Source: Candidatus Pacearchaeota archaeon
GTDB lineage: Archaea; Nanobdellota; Nanobdellia; Pacearchaeales; UBA284
NCBI GenBank assembly: GCA_026395795.1
Contig: JAPLYB010000036.1
Location: forward strand, 1-50,600
Direction of reading: 5' to 3'
Length of the DNA stretch: 50,600 bases
Positions 17,595 to 26,682 of the stretch are shown one piece after another. Position 1 is the stretch's first letter. Each line of letters starts with the position of its first letter. The notes below the pieces were generated by a model that worked only from the letters and a program-made list of their open reading frames with translations, had not been told where the DNA came from and did no database searches. The translations under genes were made by a program, and so were the position numbers.

Positions 17595-18188
17595 TTAATT
17601 TTTTAGATATTTTGGAATTTTAAAATGATCGTATTCTTTTATCATATTCTTTCCATAAAATATTCTGGAAAAACATTCTGCAGTAAGTTTTGCATCTTCA
17701 AGAGCATTATGAAAGTTTCTTTCATCTTTCATCCCGCAAAATTTTATGATTTCTCTAAAACCGGCACTGTGGCCTTTTTTAACTAAAATCTTGCCGCTTA
17801 TTTTTAAGATTCTTGCCTGAGCGATAGAATGCAAATCAAAAGCCCTATAATGAAAAGGAAATTTCAGATTATATTTTCTAGCCTTCGTCTCTAAAAATGC
17901 GACATCAAACTGGGGGTTTTCACACATATAATTTTTTATTTTGCTTTTCTCACACCATTTAAAGAATTGTTTAAGCAGTTGTTTTTGGCTCCTTTTATTT
18001 TTTTCTCTGATCTCTTTTTCTGTTTTACCTGTAACCGTCATTGCTTCCCTGCTCACTTTGTCTTTGTTATCAATATGACCTTCTTCTAAGAAAATTCTCT
18101 TGGGATTTTCAAAATCAACAGCCCCTATCTGCCATATTCCAGAGTTTACAAGATCCGTCCCACTTGTTTCAAGGTCAATTACAATCAT
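17595..18188 (-). CDS. DEDDh 3'-5' exonuclease (DnaQ-like)
   Basis: DLETSG, N..FD, HNALEDA. Confidence 0.88.
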   Translation of the reverse strand: MIVIDLETSGTDLVNSGIWQIGAVDFENPKRIFLEEGHIDNKDKVSREAMTVTGKTEKEIREKNKRSQKQLLKQFFKWCEKSKIKNYMCENPQFDVAFLETKARKYNLKFPFHYRAFDLHSIAQARILKISGKILVKKGHSAGFREIIKFCGMKDERNFHNALEDAKLTAECFSRIFYGKNMIKEYDHFKIPKYLKN

Positions 18189-18562
18189 CTTGCTATCTCC
18201 TGTTCTGGTTTAGCAGAACATAAATGTAATACCCCTTTATTATACTTTTTGCATATATCACAGGAAACTCCCTGTCTCTTCGCAACTTCGATAAGTTTCA
18301 TCATTTCTCCAATAACTTTTTTATTATCTTTGAGGATTATTTCAGCAGATTGTTCAACATATTTTACCATCTCTTCAGAAAATTTAATGTCCTTTGCTCT
18401 TTTTCTATGCATATATTGGCTAATGGCTGCTTCCGTAGTCCCCAAGAGTTCAGCGACTTTATTCTGTTTAATTTTATACTTTTTAATAAAAGATTTGGCA
18501 AGTTCCCTTCTAATAGCTGGGATGATATACCAAACTTCTATTTCTTGGGGTAACGAATACAT
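18185..18562 (-). CDS. HTH transcriptional regulator (COG2522-like)
   Basis: PQEIEVWYIIPAIRRELA...Q..VAELLGTTEAAISQY...KRA; CxxC. Confidence 0.82.
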   Translation of the reverse strand: MYSLPQEIEVWYIIPAIRRELAKSFIKKYKIKQNKVAELLGTTEAAISQYMHRKRAKDIKFSEEMVKYVEQSAEIILKDNKKVIGEMMKLIEVAKRQGVSCDICKKYNKGVLHLCSAKPEQEIAR

Positions 18563-18698
18563 TATTTCTTAACTATCGTGAAGTTTTTAAATCTTTCCGT
18601 TTGTATGTAATTAACTCAAATAAAAAAATAAAAAAGAACAAGTTTTTCAAATTAAGATTAATATTCCACGTCTCTCTCTTTTTTTAGAGCAAAACAAA

Positions 18699-19514
18699 TT
18701 AAATTTTAATCTTGGACAAAGGAATCATCTTTTCCCAACTTGAGTTAAAGATCTCATGCATTGCGTTTCCAAAGAATGGACTATTAATCCATACACCAAC
18801 ATCATAGTTTGGATGTACTTCTTCATCATCTAGTACCATTAGTAACAGCTCTTTTGCGTCAGAGATTGCAAATCTGGATTTCACTTTTCCATTTCTAACC
18901 TCTGCGTATTTACTCAATTCTTTTGCTATTTTATAATTCTTTGGAGTTATCGGCGCAACAACCCGGACCATCACTCCTTTTTTCTTTGCTTTTTCAAAAG
19001 CCGGTCTCAAATTTTCAAATTTTCTGTTTAATCCTTCAGATGTTGTAGCTATTGTTATTGATTTGTCTGCATTTCTGATCATCATATCAAGATGATTATA
19101 CAGATTAGTTCTTCCTCGTATAGCACCAGACAAATCTGTTGGTTCAATATATTTTATTCCAGTCGTGAATAGAGTAGACAACTCATTTAAAACATCTGTT
19201 CCTTTCAATTCATCAAGTCTCTTTGACATATCGTCAGCTTCCTTTACCACATTTCTCTTGACTCTCTCAACAACTTCTGTCGGTTTAAGAGCAACAAACT
19301 TTATCGGTTTTCCAAGTTTCATTATAACAAATCCTTTTTTCTCCAAACTCTCAAGGATATCATAAGTCCTGGATCTTGGAACACCAGAAATGTCACTTAA
19401 TTCTCCAGCAGTCGAAACTCCTCTAGAAAGCAAAGCAGTCCATACTCGAACCTCATACAAATTCAAACCAAAAATTTTTCTCAATCTGCTCAAAAATTCT
19501 TCTTTAACAATCAT
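18699..19514 (-). CDS. TrmB-family regulator / chromatin protein (TrmBL2-like)
   Basis: GLNLYEVRVWTALL...SGVPRSRTYDILESLEKKGFV; C-terminal EBD-like domain. Confidence 0.9.
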   Translation of the reverse strand: MIVKEEFLSRLRKIFGLNLYEVRVWTALLSRGVSTAGELSDISGVPRSRTYDILESLEKKGFVIMKLGKPIKFVALKPTEVVERVKRNVVKEADDMSKRLDELKGTDVLNELSTLFTTGIKYIEPTDLSGAIRGRTNLYNHLDMMIRNADKSITIATTSEGLNRKFENLRPAFEKAKKKGVMVRVVAPITPKNYKIAKELSKYAEVRNGKVKSRFAISDAKELLLMVLDDEEVHPNYDVGVWINSPFFGNAMHEIFNSSWEKMIPLSKIKI

Positions 19515-19626
19515 TTTTTATGCTTTTAACTTCTTTTATAACTTCTGTATAGTAAAGCTATTGTTTTTAGTTTAAAGTAGTATTTAAATCTTTCTTTGAT
19601 AAAATGAGATTTAATCGAATAAAAAT

Positions 19627-22449
19627 TCAGCGTTGGTTAAATGCAATTTCAACTGATTTTTCTTTAATTTTTTCTTTAAAGACGTTTTTGTAAGTTTCAG
19701 TAATTTTTTCTGAAATTAGTAGTTGTTTTGCATTAACTTTTTCGCAAATTAGGCCCTTAAAACCATCCACATTTTTTTGCATCTGTTTATCCAAAACAAG
19801 CATTAAATCAATTTTTTGTTCTTTTTGCAGACCCGCCTTTTTTCTAGCATCTTGAATTTTTCTCATCAGTTCTCTAACATAACCTTCTGCTTCAAGTTCA
19901 GGAGTCATTTTCGTATCAAGTAAGATTTCGAAAACTTTGTTTGATTCGAATAAAACCTTTTTCACATTTACTTGTCTTGAGACAATCTCTTGCATGTCTT
20001 TTGAAAGTTTATTCTCTGTTTTAACAGTAATTGAAGCAAGAGGCCATCTAACCCCGATCCCTTTAGCAGATCTTATAGCAAGTGCTTTTTCAATGATTTG
20101 CATCGCAAAAGAGAAGTCTTCTTCAAGTTTTTTATCAATCAGATTCTCATCATAACCCGGCCATTTACAGAGATGGATTGACTCTTCTTTCAAAGAAAAT
20201 TTTTCTTTTAGTTTTTGATAAATGGCCTCTGTTATGAAAGGCGTAAAAGGAGCGCAAAGTTTTATCAAGTCTAAATAAACCTCTTTTAAAACAAATCTTG
20301 CACTCTCATCTCTCTGAGAGATTCTTTCTCTTATTGTTTGAATATACCCCCTGCTCAAATCATTTAACCAGAAGTCTTGTAAAGCTCTTGCAGCTAAATA
20401 GGGATGTAAATCTTCTATTTCCAAAGTTACTTCCTTAATTAAAAAATTTAATTTAGACAAAATCCACTTATCTTCTATTTCAAGTTTTTTAACTTTTCCT
20501 GATTTTTCTAGAAGATTGTGCATGTTGTAAAGAATATTGATATTGGCTAGAGGTTCTTTAAGAACATTAAAGCCAAACCTTAATTCTTGAGAAGGATCTT
20601 GTAGGCAGTACAACAGTCTGATCGGATCTGCTCCAATTTTTTCAACTGCTTCGTCAAACCAAATTGTATTCCCTTTACTCTTATGCATCTCTTCTCCTTT
20701 TTCATCTTTTAAGGTTTCATATCCAAAAAGTGCTTTAAACGGAGCTTTTCCTGTTAATGTTACGCTAGCCCAAAACAATGCATTAAACCAACCTCTAAAT
20801 TGACCCGGCATATTCTCACTAATTAAATCAGCTGGAAACCACTTCTCCCATTCTTTCTTATTAGTTAGATAAGGCCCAATAGTCGAGAATGGAACAATTC
20901 CAGCATCTAACCAAGCATCTCCCACGTCTTTAACTCTTTCTACTTCTGAACTACATTCAGAACATTTAATTTTAATTTCATCTATCCAAGGTCTATGAAT
21001 TTCGGGCAGTTGATCAACCTTCTTCTTATCAATTGCTTTTTCTTTCAATTCTTTTAAACTTCCGATAACCTCAATATGCCCGCATTTACATTCCCAAATT
21101 GGTAAAGGTAATCCCCAATATCTTTTTCTAGAAATTAACCAATCCCCCATATTCTTAAACCAGTCTTCTTGTCTAGTCTTGCCATATTCTGGGTACCACT
21201 TTATTTTTTTATTTTCTTTAATTAGTTTATCCCTTATCTCTTTGCATTTAATATACCATTCATCAACTAGTCTGAACACAAGTTCTTCACCACACCTCCA
21301 ACAATGAGGATATCTGTGTTTGTATGGTATCACTTTATATAAAAATCCTCGATTTTCTAAATCTGCTATAACCATTTTATTTACTTCAGAATATTTCTTA
21401 GAACTAAATTTATTATAATCTTCTTTGAAAGTTCCATCATCATTCAAAGGAGATATTGCTGGAAGATTATTCCTTTTTCCCAAATCATAATCCTCTGCAC
21501 CACAACCAGGAGCAATATGAACAATTCCGGTCCCCTCTTCTCCAGAAGCTAGCTCCCACAATACTACTTTATGCGGAGAATCTTTTTGAGTTTTCAGATT
21601 AGCATAGGGCATGACATATTCTACATCTTTAAGATCCTTGCCCAATTTACTTTCAAAGATTTCATAATCTCCTTCTAATTCTTCTAATCTTGATTCAGCA
21701 AGCCAATAAAATTTTCCATTATGTTGAACTTTGACATAAAGAATATTTTCATTAACTGCTATTGCAACATCAGCAGGAACTGTCCAAGGAGTTGTTGTAA
21801 AAATTAAAAAATATTCATTTAGCTTTTCTTTCAAAGGAAACTGCAAGAATAATGCTGAATGAGTTACTTCCTTATAACCCTCTGTTGCGATATCATGCTT
21901 AGAACTTGCTGTCCCACATCTCCAACACCAGGGAACAGCATCTTTTCCCTTATACAACCAGCTATTCTCAAAATATTTTTTTAATAAATACCAATTATGC
22001 AAATTGTTATCATCAGTCATTGTGTAATAAGAATTATCCCAATCCATCCAGTATCCTAATCTTATTGACTGTTGTGTTTGGATTTTAGAAAATTTTTCTA
22101 CTCTTTTTCTGCAAGATTTTACAAAATTAAGAATTCCGAATTTTTCGATATCTTGTTTATCTTTTAGTCCCAAATCTTTTTCTTCTTCTCTCTCAACCCA
22201 TAATCCTTGGCAGTCAAAACCATTTTGATATCTTTGATCAAATCCTTGCATCGCCTTAAATCTTTGAAACATATCCTTGTAAGTTCTACCCCAAGCATGA
22301 TGAACCCACATTGGATTATTTGCAGTTATAGGCCCATCTAAAAAACTCCACCTCCTTTTATCTTTGTTCTTTTTTCGAAGTTTTTCAAATATCTTGTTTT
22401 CTTGCCAAAATTTCAAAATTTCCTTCTCTATTTCTTGTGCTTGATACAT
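19627..22449 (-). CDS. ileS: isoleucyl-tRNA synthetase (type 2, non-canonical xVHH / EMHKS motifs)
   Basis: DGPITANNP, TTTPWT, GTGIVHIAPG, YPHCWRC, DWLISRKRYWG, EMHKS. Confidence 0.95.
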   Translation of the reverse strand: MYQAQEIEKEILKFWQENKIFEKLRKKNKDKRRWSFLDGPITANNPMWVHHAWGRTYKDMFQRFKAMQGFDQRYQNGFDCQGLWVEREEEKDLGLKDKQDIEKFGILNFVKSCRKRVEKFSKIQTQQSIRLGYWMDWDNSYYTMTDDNNLHNWYLLKKYFENSWLYKGKDAVPWCWRCGTASSKHDIATEGYKEVTHSALFLQFPLKEKLNEYFLIFTTTPWTVPADVAIAVNENILYVKVQHNGKFYWLAESRLEELEGDYEIFESKLGKDLKDVEYVMPYANLKTQKDSPHKVVLWELASGEEGTGIVHIAPGCGAEDYDLGKRNNLPAISPLNDDGTFKEDYNKFSSKKYSEVNKMVIADLENRGFLYKVIPYKHRYPHCWRCGEELVFRLVDEWYIKCKEIRDKLIKENKKIKWYPEYGKTRQEDWFKNMGDWLISRKRYWGLPLPIWECKCGHIEVIGSLKELKEKAIDKKKVDQLPEIHRPWIDEIKIKCSECSSEVERVKDVGDAWLDAGIVPFSTIGPYLTNKKEWEKWFPADLISENMPGQFRGWFNALFWASVTLTGKAPFKALFGYETLKDEKGEEMHKSKGNTIWFDEAVEKIGADPIRLLYCLQDPSQELRFGFNVLKEPLANINILYNMHNLLEKSGKVKKLEIEDKWILSKLNFLIKEVTLEIEDLHPYLAARALQDFWLNDLSRGYIQTIRERISQRDESARFVLKEVYLDLIKLCAPFTPFITEAIYQKLKEKFSLKEESIHLCKWPGYDENLIDKKLEEDFSFAMQIIEKALAIRSAKGIGVRWPLASITVKTENKLSKDMQEIVSRQVNVKKVLFESNKVFEILLDTKMTPELEAEGYVRELMRKIQDARKKAGLQKEQKIDLMLVLDKQMQKNVDGFKGLICEKVNAKQLLISEKITETYKNVFKEKIKEKSVEIAFNQR

Positions 22450-22450
22450 T

Positions 22451-23287
22451 TTAAAATTTTAATAGCTCCTTTATAATATCATCTTCCCATCCATTTTTAA
22501 ATTCTGTGGTTATGAATTTAAAACCAAATTTTTTCTTATAAAAATCAAGATATTTTTGTGTTGTGTGCGACCAAGATTTTTGGAATTCAATCGGCCTCGT
22601 AATAACAATCGGGATAGATTTTTTATTCCCATCAAGATAAGGCAACATTTTACTGATATCCATTAATATCTTCTGAATTGTTTTTTCTTTACTCCTACTT
22701 TTACTTTTAGCAACATGAGAAGAAATTGCAATTATCAATTCCTTTTTACTAGGACTGATTAACCCAAGATCATATTCCCTACCCTTAGAAACTTTTTCAA
22801 CTTGAAATCCCCGATTTAATGCTTCTTCCATCAAAATTTTAGATTCCTTTTCTACGATTAAAAGGAAATCTGATGGAGAAAGATGCAAATCTTTCCAATC
22901 ATTTAAACTTAATTCAAGAATTACTGGGAAAGTTATAGAATTATTGGAAGAATTATCCAATTTTTTCCATAATACTCTTGGTAAGCAGCCATTTGCGACT
23001 ATCTGGATGTAAGGATGTTTTCCAGAATACCCTTGTAAACTTATCCCTTTTTTAACAATTCTATGGACAACGACTTTAAAATCATCTTCGAATCTCATAG
23101 AAATTTGCCTATTTTCTTTTTTCGTATTGCTTATCTTATTTGCAAAAGTTCTGCAAGTAAACCGAATTGTAGCCCTTTTACAAGGTCTTTTGTAATCAGT
23201 CACCCTATTTTCAGACTTCCATGCATATCTTTGAGTTGAAAATCCTCTCTCCAATGTTATGGACGCCGGGATTCTTATTTTGTCCAT
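22451..23287 (-). CDS. hypothetical protein with probable C-terminal PD-(D/E)XK nuclease-like domain
   Basis: E...RGFQV...REYDLGLI...LIIAISS resembles a restriction-endonuclease fold with a degenerate ExK; basic N-terminal domain. Confidence 0.5.
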   Translation of the reverse strand: MDKIRIPASITLERGFSTQRYAWKSENRVTDYKRPCKRATIRFTCRTFANKISNTKKENRQISMRFEDDFKVVVHRIVKKGISLQGYSGKHPYIQIVANGCLPRVLWKKLDNSSNNSITFPVILELSLNDWKDLHLSPSDFLLIVEKESKILMEEALNRGFQVEKVSKGREYDLGLISPSKKELIIAISSHVAKSKSRSKEKTIQKILMDISKMLPYLDGNKKSIPIVITRPIEFQKSWSHTTQKYLDFYKKKFGFKFITTEFKNGWEDDIIKELLKF

Positions 23288-23372
23288 ATAATAAGAAACT
23301 TCTATCCTTTATAAATATTTACGCCTATAGAAGGAAATCTTTTTTAAATGTTTCCAATTAATAGCAGGATAA

Positions 23373-24093
23373 GTCAAGAACCACTGGTCACCGCTCGCCC
23401 TTGAAAATTGATTTGGGCTCGCTATAGACCAGTGGCATGATTAAATAATTGCTTAGAAGTTAATTGCTGGAGATTTCTGACAGCCAATATAATCGCTTAC
23501 ATGTTCTTCATCACTTCCAATGTTGTCGAGGAGATAAGCAGGATTCCAAAAACCACTTCCATAAAAATATTTTTTCTTGATTTCTGTAAATGCTCGCAAT
23601 ATTTTTCTGCCAGTTATTCCTCTCAAAATTTTAGCCGCTTCTGGTTTGCTTCTCAAACCAATGTCCACATTAAAATGTAAATGGTTTGAATCAAAACCAA
23701 CCTTTTTTATTGGCAGATGATAGTTCTCAGAAATTTCTTTGAACAAAACAGTAAGGAAGAACCTTACTTTTGCATCATCGAATATTTGATGACAATATTT
23801 AATTTTAAACATTGCGTGGCACCATGAATTTCCCACGCACGAACTTTTTCTATTTAATTGTCGAAACATTTTTTTCTCCAGAGCTCTCGCTAAGCGAAAG
23901 CAAATATTTATTTAGTTGAGAAAGCTCTAGCTAATACAATCGTTCTGTGAGCTAGAGTCAAGCTCACATTTCTTAATGCTTCTAGAAATAAATATCTTCT
24001 TAAAAAAAGAGGATTGATTTATCAAAATGAAATAAGTCCCTTGCTGGGCACTAAGAAGCACCACCAGTCCGAGACTGGTGGAAATCTCGCATT
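23373..24093 (-). mobile_element. IS200-type (tnpA-only) IS200/IS605-family element; left boundary approximate
   Basis: left-end hairpin CCACCAGTC/GACTGGTGG 24061-24081; right-end hairpin CCACTGGTC/GACCAGTGG 23381-23435 followed by TTCTTGAC on the minus strand; no tnpB. Confidence 0.75.
23453..23869 (-). CDS. tnpA: Y1 HUH transposase
   Basis: KYC...F, NHLHF (HUH), GFWNPAY, DYIGCQ (catalytic Y..Q). Confidence 0.9.
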   Translation of the reverse strand: MFRQLNRKSSCVGNSWCHAMFKIKYCHQIFDDAKVRFFLTVLFKEISENYHLPIKKVGFDSNHLHFNVDIGLRSKPEAAKILRGITGRKILRAFTEIKKKYFYGSGFWNPAYLLDNIGSDEEHVSDYIGCQKSPAINF

Positions 24094-24172
24094 ATAATAA
24101 AAAGTTTAGAAGAAAGATTGCTCTATCTTACAATAAAAAGAAAATATAAAAAAATAAAAAACAAAACATCAA

Positions 24173-24325
24173 TTACCAGTCTTCATCACCTAAATCATCA
24201 CTTGTTTCGTCTTCGTCATCCATATCGTCATCTGAATCCTCATCTTTATCAGATTTATCTTCCTCAACCTTATCGCTCTTATCTTTCTCTCCTAATTCCT
24301 TTTCCTCTTGTTTTTTTGTTTTCAT
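24173..24325 (-). CDS. 50-aa highly acidic microprotein
   Basis: manual translation MKTKKQEEKELGEKDKSDKVEEDKSDKDEDSDDDMDDEDETSDDLGDEDW; GGAGG SD; upstream TATA ~24418. Confidence 0.65.
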   Translation of the reverse strand: MKTKKQEEKELGEKDKSDKVEEDKSDKDEDSDDDMDDEDETSDDLGDEDW

Positions 24326-24378
24326 GCTAAAAAATCCTCCTAATTTTTGGCACGCTGAAAATAATTTATTTTCAAGCG
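24325..24378. repeat. 54-nt double-hairpin dispersed repeat carrying the SD of the acidic microprotein
   Basis: TGCTAAAAAAT-CCTCCT-AATTTTTGGCA and CGCTGAAAATAA/TTATTTTCA-A-GCG. Confidence 0.72.
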
Positions 24379-24489
24379 TTTTGTCTCCTTTTAGGTAAAT
24401 TTGACAAAAGGTTTTTATTTATAAACTTTGCGATACTACAGAACTACAGTCAAATTTATAAATAGAGTATAAACAATTCTCTTAAAAAA

Positions 24490-24606
24490 TTAGATAGCTG
24501 CCATTCTTTTTTGTTTTCTCTTTCTCTTCTCCCTCTTGATTCTTTTTCTTTGCCATTTCCATCTCATCTGTCCTTTCTTTTTCCATCTACGAGATGATCT
24601 TTTCAT
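24490..24606 (-). CDS. rpl41e: ribosomal protein eL41 (eS32)
   Basis: manual translation MKRSSRRWKKKGQMRWKWQRKRIKREKRKRKQKRMAAI; contains the MRWKW.RKR..R.KRKR core; GGAGG SD. Confidence 0.85.
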   Translation of the reverse strand: MKRSSRRWKKKGQMRWKWQRKRIKREKRKRKQKRMAAI

Positions 24607-24659
24607 TTCAGCAAAAACCTCCGGTTTTTGTTGTGCCAAAAATTATTAATTTTTGGGCA
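24606..24659. repeat. 54-nt double-hairpin dispersed repeat carrying the SD of rpl41e
   Basis: CAGCAAAAACC-TCC-GGTTTTTGTTG and TGCCAAAAATT/AATTTTTG-G-GCA. Confidence 0.72.
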
Positions 24660-24680
24660 TGACGGTTATTTATCATTTTT

Positions 24681-24944
24681 CTATTTGAAAGCTTTTTTAA
24701 ATTCTTTTAAGATTTCTTGATTTTTCGCTTGGATTTTTTCAATTGCATCTAACAAAACCTTTTTTGCATCCTTTCCCTTAGTTCGAATAATCAAAATAGG
24801 GTTTTTAGTAGGGTGCTCTCTTTTCCAAGCACTCACTTCTACTTCTTCATTCCAGAGCTCATTTCGTAATAGTTCTGCAATTGTCAAATTATCCAACTCT
24901 ATTTCAAGCTCTTCTTTCTCTTGTTTTAAAATTTTAATTTGCAT
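24681..24944 (-). CDS. rpoL: RNA polymerase subunit L (Rpo11)
   Basis: ELEIEL..LTIAELLRNEL....V..SAW..EHP......IIRT. Confidence 0.85.
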   Translation of the reverse strand: MQIKILKQEKEELEIELDNLTIAELLRNELWNEEVEVSAWKREHPTKNPILIIRTKGKDAKKVLLDAIEKIQAKNQEILKEFKKAFK

Positions 24945-24957
24945 TTTGATTATTTGT

Positions 24958-25533
24958 TTAAACCTTATTAATTTCTTCTAATTTTTCTTCTTGTTTTTGA
25001 GCTTCTTTTAACTCTTCTTCCTTTTTCTCTTGTTTTTTCAAAAGTTTAAAGGTTTTTTTGAACAAATCCTTAATATTTATTTTTTTATTCGCCTCAGTAT
25101 TAAATTCAGCTTTCTGTTCTTGGGTTTTTTCTGGCAGGATTTCTTTGTTTATCTCTTCTATCAGCTCTTCTTTCTCTTGTTGTTTTTTAATCTCTAAATC
25201 TTCAATAAACTTCTTCTCATCCAATATACTGCTGTTTACTTCGCTTTTTAACTTTTTCTCTTTCTCTTCTTTAACTTTTTTATATCTATCCCAAAGATCA
25301 TTTAAACTTACTGGTTTTTTAGTGTCTACTTCTGAATCCTGAATTTTTTGTTGCTTTTTAAGTTGATTTAATCGTATTCTTTCTTTTTGTTTCTGAATCT
25401 CTTCTTCCAAGACGATTGAATTATTGCCTATAGCACATCTTGAGCAAAGTCTCATAGATCTATTGTTAGTTATAGTGTTAACAAGAGGCTCATTTTCTAT
25501 CCCGCATTCTTCACAGCCATTATCAAAATCCAT
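24958..25533 (-). CDS. N-terminal Zn-ribbon (aMBF1-like CxxC...CxxC) plus charged coiled-coil protein
   Basis: CEECG...MRLCSRCA; remainder K/E-rich, no HTH seen. Confidence 0.55.
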   Translation of the reverse strand: MDFDNGCEECGIENEPLVNTITNNRSMRLCSRCAIGNNSIVLEEEIQKQKERIRLNQLKKQQKIQDSEVDTKKPVSLNDLWDRYKKVKEEKEKKLKSEVNSSILDEKKFIEDLEIKKQQEKEELIEEINKEILPEKTQEQKAEFNTEANKKINIKDLFKKTFKLLKKQEKKEEELKEAQKQEEKLEEINKV

Positions 25534-25584
25534 AAGGAAAACAAATTTTGACAATATTTAAAAGTTATGGTTTCATGATTTTCC

Positions 25585-26682
25585 ATGATTTCGATAGTTA
25601 TCCCAATAAAGAATGAAGCAAAGAACCTAGATTGCCTTGTTAAAACAATAAGCATGCTAAAATTAGGGGCATATCAGATTATATTTATTGATGATAATTC
25701 TTTAGATGGCACATTAGAATGTCTCAAAAGCCTATCTAAAAAGTATCCTATTAAGTATGTTATCAGAAAAAACCAGACAGGATATGGGTCTGCCCTTAAA
25801 TTGGGACTAGAAAAAGTAAGAAAATCAGAGATCGTTGTAACAACAGATGGGGATTTAAGCTACGATCTTAAAAAAATTCCTGAGTTGATTAAAAGAATCA
25901 ATAAAAAAGGAGAAGAAAATGACATTGTCATAGGATCCAGATACGTTCCTGGCGGGAAGATAAAAAACTGGCCGTTTTCTAGGATCTTAATAAGTAAACT
26001 GCTAAAATTGTTTGTTTCTCTTACTCTTAATACAAATGTGAAAGATAACACATCCGGATGCAGAGCATATTCTAAAAAAGCGATAAACAAGATTCTCCCA
26101 GAAATAAAATCAAATGGTTATTCAATATTAGAAGAAATCCTTTTTATCGCAAAGAAAAAAGGACTAAAGGTTGTAGAAATCCCAATAACTTTTCAAGATA
26201 GAACAAAGGGCAAATCAAAAGCAAAGATTTTGAAAGAGGGGGCTGGTTTGATAAAAACTGTTGCAGCACTAAGAAAAAGAAGTATTATTAGATTTCTTAA
26301 GTTCCTAATTGTAGGCGCAAGCGGAATAATAGTAAATGAAGGTTTATTATATATTCTAACAGAAAAAGGGCATTTACATTATCTTCTTTCAGGAATAATC
26401 TCAATTGAGATATCTATTTTATCAAACTTTTTTTTGAATGATGCTTGGACGTTTAGAGACAAAAGAGATGGATATTTTTTTAATAGACTTATGAAGTTTA
26501 ATTTCGCGAGAGCTTTAACATTGATAATAAACCTGGGAATTTCGTGGTCATTCACCCTCTTTGGATTAAACTACTTGATAGCCAACCTAATAGGGATAGC
26601 AGTTGCAACATTGCTTGCTTATTCTTTAAGTAATTCATGGGTTTGGTATCACAAAAAACAAAAAAACACTAAAACAAATTGA
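25585..26682 (+). CDS. GT2 polyprenol/dolichol-phosphate glycosyltransferase fused to GtrA-like domain
   Basis: SIVIP..NE, IDDNS.DGT, DGDLSY, IGSRYVPGG, EIPITFQDR..GKSK; C-term FLKFLIVGASG...NF.LND.WTF. Confidence 0.9.
   Translation: MISIVIPIKNEAKNLDCLVKTISMLKLGAYQIIFIDDNSLDGTLECLKSLSKKYPIKYVIRKNQTGYGSALKLGLEKVRKSEIVVTTDGDLSYDLKKIPELIKRINKKGEENDIVIGSRYVPGGKIKNWPFSRILISKLLKLFVSLTLNTNVKDNTSGCRAYSKKAINKILPEIKSNGYSILEEILFIAKKKGLKVVEIPITFQDRTKGKSKAKILKEGAGLIKTVAALRKRSIIRFLKFLIVGASGIIVNEGLLYILTEKGHLHYLLSGIISIEISILSNFFLNDAWTFRDKRDGYFFNRLMKFNFARALTLIINLGISWSFTLFGLNYLIANLIGIAVATLLAYSLSNSWVWYHKKQKNTKTN

Noticed and set aside
24118-24330. His-rich plus-strand ORF
   Set aside because: Antisense shadow of the Asp-rich microprotein, which has the SD and promoter
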